Source: Candidatus Binataceae bacterium (GTDB lineage Bacteria > Desulfobacterota > Binatia > Binatales > Binataceae). From it: a stretch of 64,000 bases of DNA. A program made the translations under genes and the position numbers. Position 1 is the first letter of the stretch. Each line of letters starts with the position of its first letter. The stretch is taken from the NCBI GenBank assembly GCA_015478645.1, contig JADMIL010000007.1, positions 3,356 to 67,355 on the forward strand, written 5' to 3'. Positions 9,137-17,865 of this stretch are shown here, one piece after another. The notes beneath the pieces were generated by a model, which saw only the letters and a list, made by a program, of their open reading frames with translations, was not told the DNA's origin and made no database searches.

Positions 9137-9161
9137 CGCGGGCGCGCCCGCGTGCCGCTCG

Positions 9162-10478
9162 TCAGCGGCCAGCGGCGGCATGGACTTCCACCTCTTCGAC
9201 CGCGCGCCGGCGCGTAAACTTGACCGCGGCGTTATCGATATTGATCGAGCAGAGCGATCCGCACATGCTGCACACGTTCGATCCCGCTGCTTCGCTCTCT
9301 TCCTTGTAGCGGCGCGCCTTGTCGGGATCCATCGCCATCGCGTACATCCCTTCCCAGTTGAGCGCCTTGCGATAGCGCGACATCTGATCGTTCCAGACTT
9401 TGGCCGCGCGCACGCCCTTGACCAGGTCGCCCGAATGGGCCGCGATGCGGGTCGCGATTACGCCCTCGCGCACGTCGTCGATATCAGGCAGCCGCAGATG
9501 CTCGGCCGGGGTCACGTAGCACAGGAAATCGGTGCCTGCGGCCGACGCGATCGCGCCGCCGATCGCGCCCGTAATATGGTCGTAGCCCGGCGCCACGTCG
9601 CAGGTCAGCGGTCCCAGCACATAGAACGGCGCGCCGCCGCACACGCGCTTTTCGAGCTTCACGTTGGCCTCGATCTGATCCAGCGGCACATGGCCCGGCC
9701 CTTCGATCATCACCTGTACGCCAAGTGCGCGGGCCCGGTCGGTCAACTCGCCCAGCACCAGCAGTTCGGCGAGCTGGCCGCGATCGGTCGCGTCGCCGGT
9801 GGCGCCTGGACGCAAGCCGTCGCCGAGCGAAATCGTCACGTCGTGCTCGCGCAGGATCGCGCAGACCTGGTCGAAATGCTCATAGAGCGGATTCTCGTTG
9901 CCGGTCCGCTCGATCCATCCCGCGAGCAGCGCGCCGCCGCGCGACACGATTCCCTCGATGCGGTCGTGGCCGCGCAACTTGCGCACGCTCTCGCGCGTGA
10001 CGCCGCAATGCAGCGTCATGTAGTCGACGCCCTGGCGCGCCTGGCGCTCGATCACGTTGAGGAAGCCGGGCAGCTCCAGTTCCATGATCGACCGTTCCGA
10101 AGCCACCTGGTAGATCGGCACCGTGCCCAGGATCACCGGGCAGCGCGACAGGATCTCCATCCGGATGCGGTCAAGGTCGGTGCCGGTCGAGAGATCCATC
10201 ACCGAGTCCGCGCCGTAGCGTACCGAGGTATAGAGCTTCTCGACCTCTTCCTCGACCAGTTGATGGAAGTTCGACGCGCCAATATTCGCGTTGACTTTGG
10301 TGCGCAGCGATTTGCCGATGCCGATCGCGCGAAAGTCGTGATGCAGGTTGTGCGGGATTACCACTTCGCCCGTCGCCACCAGGCCGCGGATCTCCTCGGG
10401 GCTGAGCCCCTCGTCCTCGGCCACTTCGATCATCTGCTGCGTGATGACGCCCTTGCGTGCAGCTTCGAGTTGGGTCAT
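9162..10478 (-). CDS. thiC: Phosphomethylpyrimidine synthase ThiC
   Basis: Full-length ThiC with the C-terminal CSMCGSLCS Fe-S cluster motif. The RBS gaggtga precedes the ATG at 10478. Confidence 0.95.
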   Translation of the reverse strand: MTQLEAARKGVITQQMIEVAEDEGLSPEEIRGLVATGEVVIPHNLHHDFRAIGIGKSLRTKVNANIGASNFHQLVEEEVEKLYTSVRYGADSVMDLSTGTDLDRIRMEILSRCPVILGTVPIYQVASERSIMELELPGFLNVIERQARQGVDYMTLHCGVTRESVRKLRGHDRIEGIVSRGGALLAGWIERTGNENPLYEHFDQVCAILREHDVTISLGDGLRPGATGDATDRGQLAELLVLGELTDRARALGVQVMIEGPGHVPLDQIEANVKLEKRVCGGAPFYVLGPLTCDVAPGYDHITGAIGGAIASAAGTDFLCYVTPAEHLRLPDIDDVREGVIATRIAAHSGDLVKGVRAAKVWNDQMSRYRKALNWEGMYAMAMDPDKARRYKEESEAAGSNVCSMCGSLCSINIDNAAVKFTRRRAVEEVEVHAAAGR

Positions 10479-10946
10479 GCCGTCACCTCTGACCTATCCG
10501 CTAACTGCGGACCACCTGGTCTCCGCGTTCGAACGACGCCTGCCTGGCGCCGATTTCCCGCCGGAGCGTTGGTCGTCCGGAACATTCACGATTCGCGCCC
10601 GCGTCGCCCGCGTGATGCCGCGTGCGATACGACGCTTCGATTCACCCGCGCGATTTTTTTACGCGCGATGTGTACCCGCGCCCTATATACACCCGCGCCG
10701 CCCTTTCGTCATCGGTTATGGGCGACTTTTATTGCCCGTCCGGGCCGCACCGACGGCCTGCTCGTACGCCACTATCAGCGGCAATTGGCAGCGGCAATTG
10801 GATTGATGAGTCAGGGCTTTCCCGCGCCTGCGAACTGCTTGAGGCGATTAATGGACCGCGCAACGCCACTATAGGTTCCGCCCGGAATTACAGTCAAGTT
10901 GGCCGCCGTTATCGCGCCGTCCCGATGATCGCCGCGGCGTTGCCGG

Positions 10947-12074
10947 TCAGCTAATCCGCGGGTACAGGCGATGCGGATTATCCCACAGAATCTTGCGCTG
11001 CGTCGCGGCCGGAAAGACCTCGGGCCGCGCCGTCAGCTTGACCGTATCGGGAAAACGGCCGTCGAAATGCGGGTAGTCGGACGCATAGAGAATATGCTCC
11101 GGGCCGACCACGCTCGCGACGAACGGCAGCGTCGCCTCGTCGGGGTCGCACGAAATAAAGAAATTCTCCGACCGGATCACCTCCGACGGTTTGCGCCGCA
11201 GGAACGGCACGTACTCGGGCATCAGCTCGTAATGCTCGTCCAGCCGCTCCATCCAGTAGGGCAGCCAGCCGACGCCCGCCTCCAGAATCGCCACGCGCAA
11301 CCTCTCGAACATATCCATCACGCCGCCGCCGATCAGCGCGCCCACCGCGCGCATCATCTCGAACGGATTGGTCGCCGAGTGCTGCAGGAAGAGATTGTTG
11401 GTCATCTCGAAGGTGCCCAGACCATAGGGCGGCCGCGCCGTGCCGCCATGCAGGCAAGCCGGCAGGTCGGTGTCCTGGCAGGCCTGCCATATCGGACGGA
11501 ACCCAGGATGGTCGAGCAGGCGATCCTCGACGTGGCCCGACAGATAGACGCCCACCGCCCACGGTTCGCGTGCCACCTGCCGGATCAGTTCGGCGGCGCG
11601 CTCCGGATCGCGCATCGGCACCACCGCGACGCCCTTGAGCCGTTGCGGATAGATCGAACAGTAATCGGCCAGCCATCGATGGTACGCGCGGATCATCGCG
11701 GTCTCGAACTCGACCGTCTTGAGCGCGCAGAAACTCGAGACCACGGTCGCGAACAGCACGGCCACGTCGATCCCCTCGCGGTCCATGTCCTTAATGCGGA
11801 TGTGCGGATCCCATCCGCCGCGCATGTCGGGCTTGTCGCCGCGCGGATTGCGGCCCGTGCGCATCAGCGGCTTTTCCGGATAGGGCACGCCGAGCGGCCG
11901 CCCGGTATTCAGTTGATGGAAGATGCCGAAGAAAAATTTCGACGGCAGCCCCGCGGCCATCTCTTTGAGCTCGGCGAGGTCGGGCTTGAAGCGTGCTTCG
12001 AGATAGCGGTCGTAGAGATCGTTCGGCTCCATCACATGGCCGTCGGCGTCGATCACCTTGCTGCCGTTGAACAT
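10947..12074 (-). CDS. Amidohydrolase-2 family protein (ACMSD/LigW-like metal-dependent hydrolase or decarboxylase)
   Basis: N-terminal VIDADGHVMEP with conserved His/Asp positions. A gagga RBS is present. Confidence 0.8.
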   Translation of the reverse strand: MFNGSKVIDADGHVMEPNDLYDRYLEARFKPDLAELKEMAAGLPSKFFFGIFHQLNTGRPLGVPYPEKPLMRTGRNPRGDKPDMRGGWDPHIRIKDMDREGIDVAVLFATVVSSFCALKTVEFETAMIRAYHRWLADYCSIYPQRLKGVAVVPMRDPERAAELIRQVAREPWAVGVYLSGHVEDRLLDHPGFRPIWQACQDTDLPACLHGGTARPPYGLGTFEMTNNLFLQHSATNPFEMMRAVGALIGGGVMDMFERLRVAILEAGVGWLPYWMERLDEHYELMPEYVPFLRRKPSEVIRSENFFISCDPDEATLPFVASVVGPEHILYASDYPHFDGRFPDTVKLTARPEVFPAATQRKILWDNPHRLYPRIS

Positions 12075-12226
12075 CGTCTAGTCCTCAAATTGCAATCGGC
12101 GTGCGGGCCGTCATGATCTCGCGCCGGCCTGCGGATCGTCGTGCGCGGCGACGACCTAGTTTATCGCGCGCGCGCCCGCCGATCTCAAGCCACGGCGACA
12201 CCTTGCGCCGGCGGCGGCGTCCCCGT

Positions 12227-13678
12227 TCAGAGCGACGAGAGCGGCGGGGCGATCTTTTCCAGGCTGGTTCGTTCAGCCGCCACGCCGAGCATCAATTCGG
12301 CCACTGCGGCCGCGATCATCAAGGCTGCCGCCACCAGATAGCCGTCGAGCAGGGCGCGACGCGACCCGGTATCGATAAGCCGGCCGAAGAACCAGGGCGC
12401 GGCGATGCCGCCGAAGGCGGTGCCGGCCGAGTAAAATATCGCGATCGCCAGCGCTCTAATCTCGATGGGGAAGATTTCGCTGACGGTCAGATAGGCCGAG
12501 CTGGCCGCCGGCGACGCAAAGAAAAACATCAGCGTCCACAGCGCGGTTTGCGAGAGGGTCGAAAGCGCGCCGCGGCAGAAGAGCCATCCGGTGGCGGTCA
12601 GGATCAGCGCCGAAATAGTATAGGTGGCCGCGATCATCCGCCGGCGTCCGATCGAGTCGAACAGATGCCCCAGCATCACCGGACCGAGAAAATTGCCGGC
12701 CGCGAACGGCAGCATCCACAGCCCGGCGCGATCGGCGCGGACGCCGTAAAACCGGTTCAAGACCAGCGCGTAGGTAAAGAAGATCGCATTGTAGGTAAAG
12801 GCCTGCGCGGTCATCAGCGTGAGTCCGAGAATCGATCGCGATCGATAGGTGGTGACCAGGGGCCGGATCAGTGCAGTGGAACCAAAGGTCCGCCGCGGCC
12901 GGAACCGCAATGGCTCCCCGGGCGCCGGCGCTTCGAGAACGATGCCGGTTTCCGCCGCCACGATCCGTTCGATCTCGCCCGTCGTGCGTTCAGCTTCGGC
13001 GAGCCGCCCGTGCATCGCGAGCCAGCGCGGACTCTCCGGCAGGAACCTTCTCAGGTACAGGATGCCCAGTCCGATGATCGCCCCGCTGCCGAAGCCGACC
13101 CGCCATCCGATCCGGTACGGAATGTAATGCGGGTTCAGGATGATCACCGTCGAGGCCGCTCCGAAGGCGGCGCCGAGCCAGAAGCTGCCGTTGACAATTA
13201 GGCCGACGCGGCCGCGCAGGCGCGCCGGAATCAATTCGTCGATCGCCGAATTAACCGCCGAATACTCGCCGCCGATCCCGGCGCCGGTGATAAAGCGAAA
13301 TAGCGCGAAGCTGCCAAGATTCCACGACAGCGCGCTCAACCCGACGCCGCCCAGGTAAAGCGAAAGGCTCAGCATAAAGAACAGGCGGCGGCCGAAGCGG
13401 TCCGTCAAATGGCCGAAAATCAGCGATCCGATTACCGCGCCAGCCAGGTAGCACGACCCGATGAATCCGATCTCGGCCGCGCTGAAATGCATTACGTCGG
13501 GCCGTTCGAGCACCGCGCTGATCGCGCCCATCAGCGTGACCTCCAGGCCGTCGAGAATCCACGTGATGCCCAAGCCCATCACCAGCAGGGTATGGAAGCG
13601 GCTCCACGGCAAGCGGTCGAGCCGGGCCGGAATCAGGGTCTCGATGGATTCGCCGGTCTGCAGCGAGGCGCTCGGCAC
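12227..13678 (-). CDS. MFS transporter (aromatic acid/H+ symporter-like)
   Basis: Twelve predicted TM helices and the motif LDRLPWSRFH. GTG start with a ggaagatggag RBS. Confidence 0.85.
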   Translation of the reverse strand: MPSASLQTGESIETLIPARLDRLPWSRFHTLLVMGLGITWILDGLEVTLMGAISAVLERPDVMHFSAAEIGFIGSCYLAGAVIGSLIFGHLTDRFGRRLFFMLSLSLYLGGVGLSALSWNLGSFALFRFITGAGIGGEYSAVNSAIDELIPARLRGRVGLIVNGSFWLGAAFGAASTVIILNPHYIPYRIGWRVGFGSGAIIGLGILYLRRFLPESPRWLAMHGRLAEAERTTGEIERIVAAETGIVLEAPAPGEPLRFRPRRTFGSTALIRPLVTTYRSRSILGLTLMTAQAFTYNAIFFTYALVLNRFYGVRADRAGLWMLPFAAGNFLGPVMLGHLFDSIGRRRMIAATYTISALILTATGWLFCRGALSTLSQTALWTLMFFFASPAASSAYLTVSEIFPIEIRALAIAIFYSAGTAFGGIAAPWFFGRLIDTGSRRALLDGYLVAAALMIAAAVAELMLGVAAERTSLEKIAPPLSSL

Positions 13679-13724
13679 GCTAAAGGCTCCATCTTCCGGG
13701 GGTCCCGCGGACGATGCGGAGGGT

Positions 13725-14048
13725 TCAGGATTGGCGCGCGCGCTTGCGCATGCGCACGGCGCAATTGCTCCAGCGGTTTTCCAGGTCGCATTTGGCCAAT
13801 CCGTGCAACGCCTGGTGTTGCTCGAATTCGACTTGCAGCGCGCGAAGCGCCCCGGCTGTTGCGGCCAAATCTCGCATATTCTCGTCGTTAGACATGCGCA
13901 GATAGTCGGCTTCCATGCTCTTGGCCGCCAGCGCCGTCTTCAGCCGCCATACTTCGCCGAGCAGATGGGCGCTATCCTCAAGGCTGAGAGCCTCGCCGGC
14001 GTCGACGATCGTCTTTAGCTGGTCGAGCCTTTCGACTTTCATAGACAT
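13725..14048 (-). CDS. Hypothetical protein (~107 aa, helical, with a C-terminal CDLENRWSNC)
   Basis: Coding-like codon usage. An internal ATG at 14048 (MSMKVERLDQLK) is preferred. The RBS is weak. Confidence 0.35.
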   Translation of the reverse strand: MSMKVERLDQLKTIVDAGEALSLEDSAHLLGEVWRLKTALAAKSMEADYLRMSNDENMRDLAATAGALRALQVEFEQHQALHGLAKCDLENRWSNCAVRMRKRARQS

Positions 14049-14239
14049 CCGAATCAATTGCAAACGGGAACGATCTGCCCCTCGATCCTTACCACAGGAG
14101 GGTGATGCTCGCACTGATCGGGGTCGCGATGCGCGGCGCCGCCGACGCTCGCTGATTTCCCCTGCCGCCCGATGATCACGACGAATCCGGCGCGCGCCGC
14201 TTCCTACCGGCCGGCACATCGCATATTAGATGACGACCG

Positions 14240-15469
14240 ATGGGTGCCAACGATGGATCCGCGACCGCGCCGCAAGCGCGCCAGTCCGCCAGTTCCGACG
14301 CGTTTCATACGCTGTTGGCGAGCTTTCTTGGCTGGACGCTCGACGCCTTCGACTTCTTCGTCCTGATCTTCGTGCTGCCCGCGGTCGCGCGCGAGTTCCA
14401 TCGCTCGATCGCCGACGTCGCCTTCACCATCACCGCCACGCTCGCGATGCGCCCGATCGGCGCGCTGATCTTTGGCTGGTTCGCCGATCGCTACGGCCGT
14501 CGCCTGCCGCTGATGGTCGACGTGCTGCTCTATTCGATTCTCGAGGTGCTGAGCGGGCTGGCGCCGTCGTACCGATGGTTCCTAATTTTGCGCGCGCTGT
14601 TCGGTATCGCGATGGGCGGCGAATGGGGGGTCGGCGCGTCGATCGCGATGGAGGCGGTGCCGGCGCGCTGGCGGGGCCTGCTCTCGGGTGTGCTGCAGGA
14701 GGGCTACGCGGTCGGCTATCTGCTCGCGGCGGCGGCCTTCGCCCTGGTCTTCCCGCATTGGGGATGGCGTCCGCTGTTTTTTCTCGGCGGCGCGCCGGCC
14801 CTGCTCACGCTCTATATCCGCACCAAGGTGCCCGAATCGAAATCATGGGAGCTGATGCGGCCGCCACGCGGCGTGATCTTCCGTGCGATTCGCGCCAACC
14901 TCCGCACCTTCCTGTACCTCGTCCTGCTCATGACGATGATGAACCTGGTGTCGCACGGCACGCAGGACCTCTATCCGACCTTCCTCAAGCTTCAGCGCGG
15001 ACTCGACGCGCGCACCGTCGGCACGATCGCGATCATCTATAACCTCGGCGCGCTGCTCGGCGGCCTGACCTTCGGCTACCTCTCCGACCGTATTGGGCGG
15101 CGGCGTTCGATGGCCGCGGCGGTGCTCTGCGGCCTGCTGATCGTGCCGCTCTGGATTTATCCGCGCTCGCTCGTGTGGCTGACCGCCGGCGCCTTTCTGA
15201 TGCAGTTCATGGTGCAGGGCGCGTGGGGTGCGATCCCGGCGCACCTGGTCGAGCTGTCGCCGCCGCAGGTGCGCGGTCTGTTCGCCGGCCTCGCGTATCA
15301 ATTGGGCGTGCTGTTCGCGGCCAACGCCGCGTTCGTCGAGGCGCTCATCGCGCAGCATCTCGGTTACGGCACGGCGCTCGCGATGGTCGCGGCGATCGTG
15401 CTGCTCGGCGACGCGATCGTGATCGCGTTCGGCAGCGAGCGCAAAGACGCCGACCTGCACGCGGGATAA
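14240..15469 (+). CDS. MFS transporter
   Basis: A 409-aa polytopic membrane protein with the MFS motifs G(R/K)xxRR and DRxGRR (FGWFADRYGRR; LSDRIGRRR). Confidence 0.85.
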   Translation: MGANDGSATAPQARQSASSDAFHTLLASFLGWTLDAFDFFVLIFVLPAVAREFHRSIADVAFTITATLAMRPIGALIFGWFADRYGRRLPLMVDVLLYSILEVLSGLAPSYRWFLILRALFGIAMGGEWGVGASIAMEAVPARWRGLLSGVLQEGYAVGYLLAAAAFALVFPHWGWRPLFFLGGAPALLTLYIRTKVPESKSWELMRPPRGVIFRAIRANLRTFLYLVLLMTMMNLVSHGTQDLYPTFLKLQRGLDARTVGTIAIIYNLGALLGGLTFGYLSDRIGRRRSMAAAVLCGLLIVPLWIYPRSLVWLTAGAFLMQFMVQGAWGAIPAHLVELSPPQVRGLFAGLAYQLGVLFAANAAFVEALIAQHLGYGTALAMVAAIVLLGDAIVIAFGSERKDADLHAG

Positions 15470-15562
15470 AGATCGCGGAGTTACTGCCGGGTACCGACGG
15501 ACCCTAAGAGGCGGGGCGATCGCTGTGAGCAGGGCGCGATTCTTGTTTGAGAGCTTTGCGGA

Positions 15563-16681
15563 TTACTTCTGGCTGAGCGCCCACGCGACGTCGGCCATCC
15601 GCGGCACGCGGCTGTCGTAGGTCGCGAACATCGGATCGTCGGCCTGCCCGCTCAGATAGCGCGCGTAGCTGCCCTCGGCGATGATCGCGAGCTTGAACAG
15701 CGAGAAGATTTCATAGAAGGCAAAGTCGCGCATCGTGCGGCCGGCCTTGCGTTCGTACAGATCGATCATCTCCTGGCGCGAGTAGTAGCCGCCGCCGGCT
15801 TCCATGCTCGAGACCACTTCGCGGCGGATCTCGTCGTCGCCCGGGTCGCTCCAGTAGGTGACCATCCAGCCGAGGTCGGCGAGCGGGTCGCCAATCGTCG
15901 ACATCTCCCAGTCGAACAGCGCGATGGGGCGCGGCTCGTCGCCCGCCGGATCCCACATCACGTTGTCGAGCTTGTAGTCGCCATGGACGATCGTCGCGGG
16001 CTGCGCTTGCGGCAGATGGGACTTGAGCCACGCCTGGATTTTGCCCATCACCGGCAGCGGGCGCGTGGCCGGAATCGTGCGCTCGAGCTGGTCGCTCCAG
16101 CGCCGCACCTGGCGCTCGATATAGCCGTCGGGACGGCCAAACCCCTCGAGGCCGGCGGCCCGCCATGCGACGCCTTGCAGCGTCACCAGCAGGTCCACCA
16201 TCCGCTCGCTGATCGCGCGCCGCTGCGCCGCCGTCTCGGCGAAGCTTTTTTCGCCCGACGGTATCAGGCCCGAACGGATCACCCGGCCGCGCATATACTC
16301 CATCAGCACGAACGGCGCGCCGATATAGGCCGGATCTTCGCAGCATGCATAGACGCGCGGCACCGGCACGGGCGTATTCTGCAGGGCCTTGAGCACGCGG
16401 TATTCGCGGACGACGTCGTGCGCGGTCGGCAGCAGCGGGCCGCGCGGCGGCCGGCGCAGGGCCCACGAATTGCCGTCGAAATGGATCAGGTGAACTTCAT
16501 TGGAATGACCGAACGAAATATTCTCGACGCGCATCTCGGCCGCGTCGCCCAGTCCGCCGTCGCGGATAAAGCGGCGCAGCCCGTGGATGTCGATGGTCGC
16601 CGAGGGGCCGGTTTTCTCGTTGCCTGTATCCACTATTGCCTGCCGTCCTGTGGCGCTTGCGCCGAATCCGGTCCCAATCAC
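15563..16681 (-). CDS. Phosphotransferase (APH/choline kinase-like) family protein
   Basis: The motifs FGHSNEV (GxSN) and HGDYKLDNVMW (HGD...N). GTG start. Confidence 0.75.
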   Translation of the reverse strand: MIGTGFGASATGRQAIVDTGNEKTGPSATIDIHGLRRFIRDGGLGDAAEMRVENISFGHSNEVHLIHFDGNSWALRRPPRGPLLPTAHDVVREYRVLKALQNTPVPVPRVYACCEDPAYIGAPFVLMEYMRGRVIRSGLIPSGEKSFAETAAQRRAISERMVDLLVTLQGVAWRAAGLEGFGRPDGYIERQVRRWSDQLERTIPATRPLPVMGKIQAWLKSHLPQAQPATIVHGDYKLDNVMWDPAGDEPRPIALFDWEMSTIGDPLADLGWMVTYWSDPGDDEIRREVVSSMEAGGGYYSRQEMIDLYERKAGRTMRDFAFYEIFSLFKLAIIAEGSYARYLSGQADDPMFATYDSRVPRMADVAWALSQK

Positions 16682-16888
16682 CTAAAGCCTATAGCCTCTC
16701 GCACAATTATGTCGCAAGCGCGGCGCGGCCCCAACGGCGAGGCATACGCGGCGCCGGCCGGTCCACGCCGCGCTACCTGCGGCCTCGCGATGCGGACTTT
16801 CCATCTACGGACGGCCTGACGCGCCGCCACGCGGCCAGCTATGCCAAAAGCACTCTTGCTACACGCGCGCCTATCTGCGGAGATAGTT

Positions 16889-17806
16889 GCGATGGATCTG
16901 GTTGAGGGCAGGGCGGTGGTAATGGCGGAGCGGAGCCGGCGCAACGCGACAGTCGCGCTTGTCCGCCCCTATCAATGGCTCAAGAACGGCCTGGTGCTGG
17001 CCGCGCTGATCTTCGGCCAGCGCCTGTTCGACCCGCACGCGGTGAGCCTGGCGGGCGTGGCGTTCGTCGCCTTCTGCGCGATCTCCAGCACCGGTTACAT
17101 CATCAACGACATCAGCGACCGCGCAGCCGATCGGCTGCATCCGGACAAGTGCCGGCGTCCGCTGGCCTCGGGCGAATTGAGCGTGGGCGCGGCGACGGTG
17201 ATCGCGGCGATCCTGGGCGTGGCCGGACTCGGCCTCAGCGCGACGCTCGGCGCGGAGTTCCTGTTAATCGCGGCATCCTATGTCGCGATGCAGTTTTTCT
17301 ATTCCAGCTACGCCAAGCACGTAGTGATCGTCGACATCATCGTAATCGCGGTGGGCTTCGTGCTGCGGGCGTATGCGGGCGGCGTGGCGATCGGCGTGGC
17401 GGTCTCGCCCTGGCTCATCTTCATCACCTTTGTCCTGGCGCTGTTCCTGTCGCTGGCGCGCCGCCGGCACGAACTGATCGCACTCGGCGAAGCCGCCACC
17501 AGCCATCGCGGCGCGCTCGGTGAATACAGTATTCGTTCGATCGATCAGATGATCTCGATCGTCGCCGGCGCCACGCTGGTCGGCTACATGATCTATACGG
17601 CGTCGCCCGACGTCGCCCTGAAGCTCCACACGCAGCATCTATTTCTGACGGTACCGTTCGTCGCCTTCGGGATCCTGCGCTACCTCCATCTGGTCAACGA
17701 CTGCGATGAAGGCGGCGACCCGGCGCGGCTGGTGCTTCGCGATCGTCCGCTGCTGGTCTCGATTATCCTGTGGGTGATCGCCGACGTTCTGCTGCTCTAC
17801 TTCTAG
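16889..17806 (+). CDS. UbiA-family prenyltransferase, resembling decaprenyl-phosphate phosphoribosyltransferase (DPPR synthase)
   Basis: The motif NDISDRAADRLHPDKCRRPLASGELS (NDxxDxxxD). Multiple TM segments. The N-terminus ALVRPYQWLKNGLVLAALIFG is as in Rv3806c-like enzymes. The start is at 16889 or 16922. Confidence 0.7.
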   Translation, partial: AMDLVEGRAVVMAERSRRNATVALVRPYQWLKNGLVLAALIFGQRLFDPHAVSLAGVAFVAFCAISSTGYIINDISDRAADRLHPDKCRRPLASGELSVGAATVIAAILGVAGLGLSATLGAEFLLIAASYVAMQFFYSSYAKHVVIVDIIVIAVGFVLRAYAGGVAIGVAVSPWLIFITFVLALFLSLARRRHELIALGEAATSHRGALGEYSIRSIDQMISIVAGATLVGYMIYTASPDVALKLHTQHLFLTVPFVAFGILRYLHLVNDCDEGGDPARLVLRDRPLLVSIILWVIADVLLLYF

Positions 17807-17865
17807 CCGGCACGCAATCCAACGCCGCCAGGGCGAACCGACGCGCGCGGTCGGTGCGGCGCGCG

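Noticed and set aside
10479-10946. TPP riboswitch expected upstream of thiC.
   Set aside because: I could not find the conserved THI-box elements by eye. I leave it as a finding to be tested with cmsearch and do not annotate a riboswitch feature.
17807-17865. A palindrome ccgacgcgcgcggtcgg between the convergent UbiA and lptD genes.
   Set aside because: A short GC hairpin without a U-tract on either strand. It could be a bidirectional terminator, but the evidence is insufficient.
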